Source: an uncultured Rhodobacterales bacterium (GTDB taxonomy: Bacteria > Pseudomonadota > Alphaproteobacteria > Rhodobacterales > Rhodobacteraceae). From it: a stretch of DNA of 64,000 nt. Of this stretch, positions 38,252 to 47,134 are shown one piece after another (the stretch's first letter is position 1; each line of letters begins with the position of its first letter). The position numbers and the translations under genes were made by a program. The stretch covers positions 14,770 through 78,769 of the forward strand of contig CAXBJO010000001.1 of assembly GCA_963976255.1 (NCBI GenBank). The letters are read 5' to 3'. The notes under the pieces were generated by a model, which was not told the origin of the DNA, did no database searches, and saw only the letters and a program-made list of their open reading frames with translations.

Positions 38252-40060
38252 ATGAGCGTTCATACAGACTTACAAACCGTGACGGACAAGATCGCCAAAC
38301 GATCAGAAGCGACACGCCGTGCCTATCTGGATCGTATGGACGCCGCACGCCAAGCGGGACCACAACGTGCGCATCTGTCGTGTGGCAACCAGGCACATGC
38401 CTATGCGCCAATGGGCGACGATCAGGATCGCTTGATTGCGGGGCAGGCAGGCAACATTGGAATTGTGACGTCTTACAACGACATGCTGTCCGCGCATCAG
38501 CCGTTTCAGGCATATCCCGATATGATCAAAGATGCCGCACGTCGTGCCGGCGGTACCGCGCAGGTGGCGGCGGGTGTACCCGCCATGTGTGATGGCATTA
38601 CCCAAGGGCAGACAGGCATGGAATTGTCATTGTTCAGCCGTGACGCAATTGCGATGTCCGCAGGCATTGGCCTGTCGCATAACGTTTTTGACAGCACGAT
38701 TTATCTGGGCGTTTGCGATAAAATCGTACCTGGCTTGGTGATTGCCGCGGCAACGTTTGGGCATTTACCCGCGATATTTTTGCCCGCGGGGCCAATGACC
38801 ACAGGCCAGGGTAACGATGACAAAGCCAAAATTCGTCAACGTTTCGCCGAGGGCAAAGCGGAACGTTGCGATTTGATGGCGTCCGAAATGGCCAGCTATC
38901 ACGGCCCGGGCACATGCACGTTTTATGGCACTGCAAACACCAATCAGATGTTGATGGAATTCATGGGATTGCATTTGCCAGGGTCAAGTTTTGTAAACCC
39001 AAATACACCGTTGCGCGATGCATTGACCATGTACGGTGCACGGCGTGCCTTGGAAATTTCGGATTTGGGCGATGACTACATTCCCGTGGCGCATGTGTTG
39101 GATGCAAAGGCCTATGTGAATGGAATTGTGGGATTGATGGCGACTGGCGGGTCAACGAACTTGTTGATTCACCTGATCGCCATGGCGCGTGCGTCGGGTA
39201 TTATTTTGGATTGGTCCGATTTCGCGGGTATCTCTGCGCTGGTGCCATTGTTGGCGCGGGTTTATCCCAATGGCTTGGCTGATGTGAACCATTTCCATGC
39301 AGCGGGCGGTTTAGGGTTGGTTATTTCCGAATTGTTAAACGCCAAATTATTGCACGAGGACACAACGACAATTACAGGCAGTGGCCTGAATGAATATACC
39401 AAAGATCCCAAGCTGATTGATGGTAAGTTGGATTGGCACGCAGGTGTAAATGCCGCGTTGAACGACAAAATTATCGCCAGCGTTCCCAATCCATTTCAAA
39501 AATCGGGTGGCTTGTCTGATCTAAATGGCAATTTGGGATCTGCGGTCATGAAAGTGTCCGCTGTGGTGCCAGAAAGTCGTTTTATCACAGCACCAGTGCG
39601 TGTGTTCCACGATCAAAAGCCGGTGTTGGATGCGTTTCGCGCCGGTGAACTTGATAGCGATGTCATTGTCGTCGTGCGGTATCAAGGACCGCGCGCCAAT
39701 GGCATGCCTGAGCTGCACAATCTGACACCATGTTTAGCAGTTTTACAGGAACGTGGGATCAAAGTGGCCTTGGTCACCGATGGGCGCATGTCGGGCGCAT
39801 CGGGTAAAGTTCCCGCAGCAATTCATGTGACGCCAGAGGCTTTAGATGATGGCCCAATTGCGTATCTACAAGACGGCGATATGGTGACCGTGGACGCGAT
39901 GACAGGTGTTTTATCAGTACAAGACGATGCGATTTTTGCGCGCCAAATTATCCATCCAAATTTGAGTAAAAATAATATTGGCTTGGGGCGTGAGTTGTTT
40001 GACTTGTTCCGCAAGAATGCCGGACCAGCAGAGTCGGGTGCCTCGGTTTTTAATTTTTAG
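38252..40060 (+). CDS. edd: Phosphogluconate dehydratase
   Basis: 602 aa with an Edd-type N-terminus ([17 protein letters not shown]-like) and IlvD/Edd family motifs. It is followed by eda. Confidence 0.93.
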   Translation: MSVHTDLQTVTDKIAKRSEATRRAYLDRMDAARQAGPQRAHLSCGNQAHAYAPMGDDQDRLIAGQAGNIGIVTSYNDMLSAHQPFQAYPDMIKDAARRAGGTAQVAAGVPAMCDGITQGQTGMELSLFSRDAIAMSAGIGLSHNVFDSTIYLGVCDKIVPGLVIAAATFGHLPAIFLPAGPMTTGQGNDDKAKIRQRFAEGKAERCDLMASEMASYHGPGTCTFYGTANTNQMLMEFMGLHLPGSSFVNPNTPLRDALTMYGARRALEISDLGDDYIPVAHVLDAKAYVNGIVGLMATGGSTNLLIHLIAMARASGIILDWSDFAGISALVPLLARVYPNGLADVNHFHAAGGLGLVISELLNAKLLHEDTTTITGSGLNEYTKDPKLIDGKLDWHAGVNAALNDKIIASVPNPFQKSGGLSDLNGNLGSAVMKVSAVVPESRFITAPVRVFHDQKPVLDAFRAGELDSDVIVVVRYQGPRANGMPELHNLTPCLAVLQERGIKVALVTDGRMSGASGKVPAAIHVTPEALDDGPIAYLQDGDMVTVDAMTGVLSVQDDAIFARQIIHPNLSKNNIGLGRELFDLFRKNAGPAESGASVFNF

Positions 40061-40069
40061 GAGAGCAAG

Positions 40070-40720
40070 ATGGGCAAGATAACAGGCACACAGGCCAGCA
40101 AACGCAATTTTGAATTATGTCAAATGGCACCTGTGATTCCCGTTTTGGTCGTGGATGATTTAGAAGCGGCGCATGGATTGGGCACGGCCTTGGTGCGTGG
40201 TGGATTGCCGGTACTTGAAGTGACACTGCGCACCAAATACGCGTTGGATGTGATCGCTATTATGGCGAAGATTAAGGGTGGAATTGTTGGCGCGGGGACA
40301 TTAATCACACCCCAAGATGTTGAAGATGCAGTTGCGGCAGGTGCGACGTTCGGCGTTTCGCCGGGTGCCACAGATGCATTGATTGACGCCTGCGAAGCGC
40401 ATGGTTTGCCACTGTTGGCGGGCGCAACATCCGCAACCGAAGCAATGGCTTTGATGGAGCGTGGATACACGGTTCAAAAATTCTTCCCTGCACAAGCGGC
40501 AGGTGGAGCACCGTTTTTGAAATCCCTAGCATCGCCATTGCCGCAAATCACGTTTTGCCCAACGGGTGGCGTATCATTGGCAAACGCGCCTGATTATTTA
40601 GCATCGTCAAATGTGATTTGTGTTGGCGGTTCGTGGGTGGCACCATCCAGTGCGGTTAAAGCACAGGATTGGGATGTGATCGAAGCATTAGCCAGCGATG
40701 CGGTAAAGGCATTAGGATAA
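40070..40720 (+). CDS. eda: KDPG / 4-hydroxy-2-oxoglutarate aldolase
   Basis: VIPVLVVDD, LEVTLRT and the Lys context VQKFFPA are present, with an AGGAGAG RBS. Confidence 0.9.
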   Translation: MGKITGTQASKRNFELCQMAPVIPVLVVDDLEAAHGLGTALVRGGLPVLEVTLRTKYALDVIAIMAKIKGGIVGAGTLITPQDVEDAVAAGATFGVSPGATDALIDACEAHGLPLLAGATSATEAMALMERGYTVQKFFPAQAAGGAPFLKSLASPLPQITFCPTGGVSLANAPDYLASSNVICVGGSWVAPSSAVKAQDWDVIEALASDAVKALG

Positions 40721-40813
40721 TTGTTGCCAGAATGAGATCACTTTGCGATCACGAGAAAAGTCGGGCGTTGCCCAGCGGTTTCGCTCCGCTGGAAATATTT
40801 ATTCAAAGTAAAG

Positions 40814-42139
40814 TTATGCGTCGAGGGCCTGTTTTATGGCGATGCCGAGCTTTTCAACAACCTCGCCAATCTGATCCTCTGTGATGATAAACGGTGGCGC
40901 CAACAAGATGTGATCGCCGCTTTTGCCATCGCGCGTTCCTGGCATAGGATAACAAATCAACCCCGCCTCGAATGCGTGTTTTTTGATTTTCCCCGCAATA
41001 GCGCGGCTGGAATCAAAGGGTGTTTTGGTTTCGCGATCCGCCACCAATTCTATACCTTGGAACAATCCCCGCCCCCGAATATCACCCACATTGGGATGCT
41101 GCCCAAAGGATGCATTCAGTGCGCTATTTAGTTTTGCACCCATGATTTGCACCCGTTGTGGCAGGTTATTTTCGACGATTTCTGACACAACCGCCAATCC
41201 AGCAGCACAAGCGGTCGGATGGCCAATATAGGTGTGACCGTGTTGGAAAAAACCCGTTCCATTGGCGATGCCCTCGTAAATTTTGCCACTACAAAGCATG
41301 GCACCGATCGGTTGATAACCCGCGCCTAAACCTTTGGCGATACATAATATATCGGGTTCGACATTATCATGCGCACAAGCAAACAAATGACCGGTGCGAC
41401 CCATACCGCACATCACCTCGTCCAAAATTAAATGCACACCGTATTGATCGCAAATTTCGCGAATACGAGTGAAGTATCCGTCAACGGACGGTACCGCACC
41501 CAATGTAGCACCGACGACGGGTTCGGCGATGAATGCCATGACCGTATCAGCACCAAGACGGAGGATTTCATCCTCTAACTGCTGTGCGGCGCGTTGGCCA
41601 TATTGATACGCGGTTTCATCATTTTTACGATGAAAATACTCATAGCAAGGGGCGATGTGGCTGATGTTAATGAGCAATGGATCAAACTGTTGACGGCGCC
41701 ATTGATTGCCACCAGCGGCCAACGCACCCAAGGTGTTACCGTGATAGCTTTGTTGACGTGCGATGATGTGGCGGCGTTTTGTTTTGCCATTCTCTAGATG
41801 CGATTGGCGCGAGAGTTTTATGGCGGCTTCGACGGCCTCGGATCCACCTGAAACGAAATAAACCCGCTCTAGGTTTTGCGGCGCGTGTTCGATCAGAAGA
41901 TCGGCTAACTTTTCCGCAGGGTCAGATGTCAAAAATCCCGTATGCGCAAAAGCGAGTTGATCGACCTGTGTTTTAATCGCGTCCCTGACCCGTTGATTGG
42001 AATGCCCCAAACAGGAAACCGCCGCGCCACCAGAACCGTCGAAATAACGTTTGCCATCGGCGTCGATCAGGTAACAGCCATCGCCAGAAACAGCGGTGGG
42101 CAATTGAGATTTACAGTGGCGTGGAAAGACGTGGGACAT
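40814..42139 (-). CDS. Class-III (omega-type) pyridoxal-phosphate aminotransferase
   Basis: 441 aa with GGAAVSCLGH, SGGSEAVEAAIKL, DEVMCGMGRTG and PLP-Lys context CIAKGLGAGYQPIG. Confidence 0.88.
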   Translation of the reverse strand: MSHVFPRHCKSQLPTAVSGDGCYLIDADGKRYFDGSGGAAVSCLGHSNQRVRDAIKTQVDQLAFAHTGFLTSDPAEKLADLLIEHAPQNLERVYFVSGGSEAVEAAIKLSRQSHLENGKTKRRHIIARQQSYHGNTLGALAAGGNQWRRQQFDPLLINISHIAPCYEYFHRKNDETAYQYGQRAAQQLEDEILRLGADTVMAFIAEPVVGATLGAVPSVDGYFTRIREICDQYGVHLILDEVMCGMGRTGHLFACAHDNVEPDILCIAKGLGAGYQPIGAMLCSGKIYEGIANGTGFFQHGHTYIGHPTACAAGLAVVSEIVENNLPQRVQIMGAKLNSALNASFGQHPNVGDIRGRGLFQGIELVADRETKTPFDSSRAIAGKIKKHAFEAGLICYPMPGTRDGKSGDHILLAPPFIITEDQIGEVVEKLGIAIKQALDA

Positions 42140-42145
42140 TTCATG

Positions 42146-42895
42146 TTAACCTTGTTGCGCCAAAAAGGCGGTTATGGATGCAGAGTTATCTGCGAATATT
42201 TTGCCGTCCGCAGATTGATGATTGTTTTCAAACCCGATCCGCGCATGACCACCCATTTGGATGGCGCGGCTCAGACAAGCGTGTTCATTTAGGCCAAACG
42301 CACAGGCCGACCATGTGATGTCGTGCCCATCGATCGCATTCAGGAATACATCCAAATGACTAGGCGTTGCTAAAACTGGCGGGTTGTAGTGGCCAAGTAC
42401 GAAAATCGCATCTTTTTGTGCCGCAAGAATTGTGCCGTCTGCCCGCCATTTCAGCAATTGCGTTACGCACTCTGGGGAATACAGGATGTGCTGCACATTC
42501 GTTCCAACATCGGCGCAAAGGCCATACACGCGCTTAGCTAAGTCCGCATTACGTGCCATTTCACGCACAGAAATGCTGGCCGCCGATGGTTTCAAGGATT
42601 GCAGGCACGCCAGTTGCGCATCAACGTCAAAGACACCCGCACTCTCGGTTGTGATTTGTACTGACATTTCTGGAACGACCAGCGCCAATTCCGTTAATGC
42701 TTCGCTGTACTGCCCCGCATCCAAACTGTGACAGCCATCAGAATGACGGACATGTAGGTGAATTTCATCGGCGCCTGCGACAAAACAATCACGCGCACAG
42801 GCAACAATTTCTGCAATGCTGATGGGCAGGGCGGGGTGATCAGATTTTTGCAAGCGGGCACCATTGGGTGCGACCGTCAGCTTAAAGGGTTTCAT
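42146..42895 (-). CDS. BKACE-family (3-keto-5-aminohexanoate cleavage enzyme-like, DUF849) protein
   Basis: LTVAPNGAR N-terminus and the metal-ligand pair in EIHLHVR. 249 aa. Its start overlaps the response-regulator stop (ATGA). Confidence 0.78.
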   Translation of the reverse strand: MKPFKLTVAPNGARLQKSDHPALPISIAEIVACARDCFVAGADEIHLHVRHSDGCHSLDAGQYSEALTELALVVPEMSVQITTESAGVFDVDAQLACLQSLKPSAASISVREMARNADLAKRVYGLCADVGTNVQHILYSPECVTQLLKWRADGTILAAQKDAIFVLGHYNPPVLATPSHLDVFLNAIDGHDITWSACAFGLNEHACLSRAIQMGGHARIGFENNHQSADGKIFADNSASITAFLAQQG

Positions 42896-43527
42896 AAACT
42901 GCCCCTAAACACATTGGCACGCAGGCAAATATCGAGCAATTCGGCCACAGAGTTCGTTCCCATCTTTTCCAAAATTCGGGCACGGTGATGATCGACTGTG
43001 CGGGGGCTGATGGTTAATTGACGGCCGATTTCCTTGCTTGAAATCGACGAAGAGTTCAAGACCATTAATTGCGCAATCTCTTTTTCACGGCTGGTCAGGC
43101 GTGCAAAATTTTCGTGGTGGATTTTGGATTTTGCGGCAACTTCTTGGAACATTAATGCCTTGGCGAATGCCTCGTCGATGCAATTGATCAATGTCTGTTG
43201 GCGAAATGGTTTTTCCAGAAAATCCACCGCACCTGCCTTCATTGCCTTAACGGATTCGGCAATGCCACCATGCCCCGTGATAAAGATGATGGGGATTGAA
43301 TGCCCCGCATCTATCAGGTTTTGCTGCAACTCCAGCCCGTTCATATTGCTCATGCCATAATCCAACAACACACACCCCGTGCGGGTGCCATCAAACACAT
43401 CCAAAAATGCTGCCGCAGAGGCAAAAGATTCCACCGAATATGCCCGTTTTTTTAGCGCCCGCGATAGTGACGAGCGGATGTCAGGATCATCATCGACCAA
43501 AAACACTGTCAAATTTTGGTCAGGCAT
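42892..43527 (-). CDS. FixJ/LuxR-type response regulator (REC + HTH)
   Basis: VFLVDDDPDIR, acceptor Asp in VLLDYGM, KAGAVDFLEKP and a C-terminal LuxR HTH (LTSREKEIAQLM). The ATG at 43527 overlaps the kinase stop by 8 nt. Confidence 0.88.
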   Translation of the reverse strand: MPDQNLTVFLVDDDPDIRSSLSRALKKRAYSVESFASAAAFLDVFDGTRTGCVLLDYGMSNMNGLELQQNLIDAGHSIPIIFITGHGGIAESVKAMKAGAVDFLEKPFRQQTLINCIDEAFAKALMFQEVAAKSKIHHENFARLTSREKEIAQLMVLNSSSISSKEIGRQLTISPRTVDHHRARILEKMGTNSVAELLDICLRANVFRGSL

Positions 43528-45841
43528 CGCCGCCTCCTGTGTGTGTCGGGATTGTAAAACAGAACCGTGATTTTGTGACAAGACTATCATCATACCACAA
43601 TTTTCCGCCACCAGATTCAATTATGTCACGGCTGAATGACAATCCTAATCCCATACCATCGGGTTTGCTGGTTTCGAATTGTACAAACAGATCGATACTT
43701 GGATCGACCCCACCACCGGTATCATCGACCCACACTTCCAGTATTGATTGCCGAACATGGGCTGTCACCACGACTTCTCGTAATTTTGTGCTTTTATCCG
43801 CAATTGCCTGAATGGCATTGCGCAACAAGTTTACCAAAACCTGCGCCACTTGAATGCGATTGCCATACGCCATGGGCAGGGTGGGCGCGTCGAAATGCAT
43901 GGCGATGCTGTGTTGGCGTGCTTCTGGGTTGACCAGGCTGAATGCTTGGTCAACCAATTCGCTAAAATCAAACGGTGCAACGTCGCCGCTGTCTTTGGAC
44001 ACGAACCCCCGCAAAGCGCGGATAATATCCGCGCCACGATGGGCCTGTGCATCCAGTTCTGTCAAGATTTCAACCAACTCTGGATTGGGTTTTTCATCAC
44101 CTTTTAATGTCGACAACGCCGCATCAGCATTTTGGGTAATAGCAGTCAGGGGTTGGTTCAATTCATGTGCCAAACCGGATGCCATTTTTCCCATCATTCC
44201 AACACGCGAGTAATGGGACAAGTCTCTGTTCAATTCGTTGATTTTAGTATCCGCCACCTTTTGCGCTGTAATGTCATCAATCGTTGCCACTGCGTGCAGG
44301 GCGGTGCCCATTTGATCCCTGATCAAAATTGCATTGATGCGCAACCAAACCGATGATCCATCCATGCGCACACAACGGCTCTCTTGGATATACTCAAAAT
44401 CGGAATTCACCATGTCTTGAAAAGCGTGGTTCGTGGCCACTGCATCGCGGTGCAATATGTCATTCAGCGATAACGTTAGTAATCGTTCAGGGGTATATCC
44501 CAAAATGTCAGTCAGCTGTTTATTCACGCGAATAAATCGGCCTGATTGTGCGTCAATCTGTGCCATGCCGCGTGATGCCAAATCGAATGTCAGACCAAAT
44601 TCACGTTCAAAATTCTGCCGCTGTTCGACTTGTTCGATCAGGGTTTCATTGGCCGCCTGTAATTCAGGGTAACGATTTGATGCAACCGCATCAGAAGCAC
44701 GATGACCTTGTGACACTTGTTTTGTGCTACGGGCAAATTCGCGGACGGGTTGGTTAATAAAGCTGGCAAGTTTTAGCCCCACCATACCCGTCAATAATGC
44801 AACCCCTGCTGCGATCCAGATGTTGCGGACGCGGTTTTCTTTGATCCCGCCGATAAAATCGTCCTCTGGTGCATATATCGCAATTGTCCACGGTATATCC
44901 GCATTCTGAGCAGGGATCAGCGCAGAAACATAATTGTCACCTTGATAGACAAATTGAGCTTGAATTTCGCGATCGATATTGACCACCTCAAATTTGGTCA
45001 GGCCCCCGAAAGCGGTTTTTGCAACGGGGTCTTTGATTTCATCAATGCTCGCAAACTTAAAACTCCCGTCCGCGCTCTCTATCTTGATCAAATCCGAATT
45101 GGGGTGGGCAATGACGTCGCCGTTGCGGTTCAAAATCATTGCCGCACCTGATGCCCCAATATTTAATTGCGACAAAAATTCCGAAATCGCCTGAATTTCA
45201 ATATCGACGCCCACAACACCGCGCAGCGCACTACCGCGCCCAATAACAGGCGATGCGGCGGTAATGCCAGGGCGTTGCGACGAAAAGAAGATATAGGGAT
45301 CAGTCCAAATAATATCCCCTTTTTCTTTGGCACGAATGTACCACGGGCGGGTGCGGGGATCATACATGTCCGTGGCGTCGATAACATCGTCAACAATGTT
45401 ATAATCGCTGTCACGCCACAGCAATTGCGTGCTGCGCTGATCACCGCTGTAACGCACAATTTTGGTACGATATTGCGCCGGGCCATCAACGCGACTGACG
45501 TAGACAAAGTTACCCGCCTCGTCCCCCATATAAACGCCAGAAAACTGTGGTGCTAATTGCAGTTGCTGGAACAACAGCTTTTCCAACGCTTCGGGGTTAT
45601 CGCTGGCGATAACATTGTTTTCTGCTAACCGTTTTGCCAATTCCGCAGTACTGCGTGCAGGGTCTAAAAACCCCTGCGAGTGCAGAATGGCATTGTATCC
45701 TTGATCAGACAGCAAGTTGCGCGCATGGTTTAACAAAACCTTTTCCGATGTGATGTATGATAATAACACAACCGTCAGCACGGCCAAAAACTGCAGGCCA
45801 GCAAGGCAAATAGCAATTACGGCACCCAGAGATAATCTCAT
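43520..45841 (-). CDS. Membrane sensor histidine kinase: TM - periplasmic double-Cache-like domain - TM - PAS - HisKA - HATPase
   Basis: N-terminal TM, a ~300-aa extracytoplasmic region with DPRTRPWY (Cache hallmark) and a second TM. These are followed by PAS, H-box LAHELNQPL, N-box LLRNAIQA, and the G boxes DDTGGGV and GMGLGLS. Confidence 0.9.
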   Translation of the reverse strand: MRLSLGAVIAICLAGLQFLAVLTVVLLSYITSEKVLLNHARNLLSDQGYNAILHSQGFLDPARSTAELAKRLAENNVIASDNPEALEKLLFQQLQLAPQFSGVYMGDEAGNFVYVSRVDGPAQYRTKIVRYSGDQRSTQLLWRDSDYNIVDDVIDATDMYDPRTRPWYIRAKEKGDIIWTDPYIFFSSQRPGITAASPVIGRGSALRGVVGVDIEIQAISEFLSQLNIGASGAAMILNRNGDVIAHPNSDLIKIESADGSFKFASIDEIKDPVAKTAFGGLTKFEVVNIDREIQAQFVYQGDNYVSALIPAQNADIPWTIAIYAPEDDFIGGIKENRVRNIWIAAGVALLTGMVGLKLASFINQPVREFARSTKQVSQGHRASDAVASNRYPELQAANETLIEQVEQRQNFEREFGLTFDLASRGMAQIDAQSGRFIRVNKQLTDILGYTPERLLTLSLNDILHRDAVATNHAFQDMVNSDFEYIQESRCVRMDGSSVWLRINAILIRDQMGTALHAVATIDDITAQKVADTKINELNRDLSHYSRVGMMGKMASGLAHELNQPLTAITQNADAALSTLKGDEKPNPELVEILTELDAQAHRGADIIRALRGFVSKDSGDVAPFDFSELVDQAFSLVNPEARQHSIAMHFDAPTLPMAYGNRIQVAQVLVNLLRNAIQAIADKSTKLREVVVTAHVRQSILEVWVDDTGGGVDPSIDLFVQFETSKPDGMGLGLSFSRDIIESGGGKLWYDDSLVTKSRFCFTIPTHTGGGDA

Positions 45842-46117
45842 ATTTGATGCCTTCTTTTATGGTTTCGTGTGGCTGGGCGCACGTGTTTAACCCCTTATCC
45901 AAACGGCGTGTCCTGTCATCTTATCATAGGAAACCAAGTTTTGGTAAATCAGTAGATTTGCCTACGCAACACTGCGCATAGACAGAAAACGACACAGATG
46001 GGACGCTGACCCAAGTTCGAGGGTCGCCGGCCAAGCTTGTAATGATTACCTCATCAACGGGCATACCCCTTGTTTGCCGTCCCTCGATCTTACTATCAAT
46101 TTCACGGGAGAAATCAC

Positions 46118-47077
46118 ATGTTTAAATCTGTAAAAATGGCCGTTGCTGTCGCGACGCTTTTGGCACCTATGGCCCAAGCACAAGAATTTATCACAATCGG
46201 AACCGGCGGCGTAACTGGCGTTTATTATCCAACAGGCGGCGCGATTTGTCGTTTGGTTAACAAAGGCCGCAAAGAGCACGGCATTCGCTGTTCAGTCGAA
46301 TCCACAGGCGGTTCGGTTTACAACATCAACACAATCCGCGAAGGCGAATTGGAATTTGGTGTGGCACAATCTGATTGGCAATACCACGCCTATAACGGCA
46401 CATCCAAGTTCGCGGATGCGGGTCCATTCACGGGTCTTCGCGCCGTATTTTCTGTACACCCAGAACCGTTCACAGTTGTTGCACGCGCTGATGCGGGCAT
46501 CAAAAACTTTGACGATCTAAAAGGCAAGCGTGTTAACATCGGCAACCCTGGTTCCGGTCAACGCGGCACGATGGAAGTGTTGTTAGAAGCCAAAGGTTGG
46601 ACAACAGGCGATTTTGCATTGGCCACAGAGCTGAAAGCGGCTGAACAATCCGCTGCACTGTGTGACAACCAAATCGACGCCATGGTTTACACCGTCGGTC
46701 ACCCATCTGGTTCAATCCAAGAAGCAACAACCGCTTGTGATTCCGTATTGGTCACTGTTGATGGTGCTGCTGTTGACAAATTGGTTGATGACAATTCGTT
46801 TTACCGCACAGCAACAATCCCGGGCGGAATGTACCGTGGTAACGATGCCGACACGTCAACATTCGGCGTTGGCGCAACCTTTGTGACTTCAGACAAAGTG
46901 TCTGACGAAGCAGTATACCAAGTAGTGAAATCAGTGATGGAAAACATCGAAGATTTCCGCAAATTGCACCCTGCGTTTGCAAATCTTGACCCCAAACAAA
47001 TGGCAACTGCTGGTTTGTCTGCACCGCTTCACCCAGGTGCTGAAAAATACTACAAAGAAGCTGGTTTGATTGAATAA
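46118..47077 (+). CDS. TAXI-family TRAP transporter solute receptor
   Basis: Signal peptide [21 protein letters not shown], then [21 protein letters not shown] typical of TAXI/Imp proteins. GGGAG lies upstream of the ATG at 46118. Confidence 0.88.
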   Translation: MFKSVKMAVAVATLLAPMAQAQEFITIGTGGVTGVYYPTGGAICRLVNKGRKEHGIRCSVESTGGSVYNINTIREGELEFGVAQSDWQYHAYNGTSKFADAGPFTGLRAVFSVHPEPFTVVARADAGIKNFDDLKGKRVNIGNPGSGQRGTMEVLLEAKGWTTGDFALATELKAAEQSAALCDNQIDAMVYTVGHPSGSIQEATTACDSVLVTVDGAAVDKLVDDNSFYRTATIPGGMYRGNDADTSTFGVGATFVTSDKVSDEAVYQVVKSVMENIEDFRKLHPAFANLDPKQMATAGLSAPLHPGAEKYYKEAGLIE

Positions 47078-47088
47078 TCATCCATTTT

Positions 47089-47114
47089 AGGGGCGCAGTT
47101 TTGCGCCCCTTTTT
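47089..47114 (+). terminator. Rho-independent terminator/attenuator-like hairpin after the TAXI receptor gene
   Basis: AGGGGCGCA-gttt-TGCGCCCCT forms a 9-bp perfect stem followed by TTTT. It begins 12 nt after the stop codon and ends 21 nt before the permease ATG. Confidence 0.7.
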
Positions 47115-47134
47115 AGCCACAAAAGGGGAGAGTT

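Noticed and set aside
40770-40795. Hairpin CCAGCGG-tttcgct-CCGCTGG between the convergent eda and aminotransferase genes, and an 8-bp stem TTCCCAAG/CTTGGGAA at about 50179-50214 after the USP gene, as bidirectional terminators.
   Set aside because: The stems are short (7-8 bp), the second has a 20-nt loop and neither has a clear U-tract. They are plausible but not strong enough to list as features.
45934-46017. Repeated CCAAGTT heptamer (45934 and 46011) as a FixJ-type regulator binding site in the kinase/TAXI divergent region.
   Set aside because: There are only two copies of a 7-mer, 77 nt apart, with no dyad symmetry. That is easily chance, so it is mentioned only within the operon finding.
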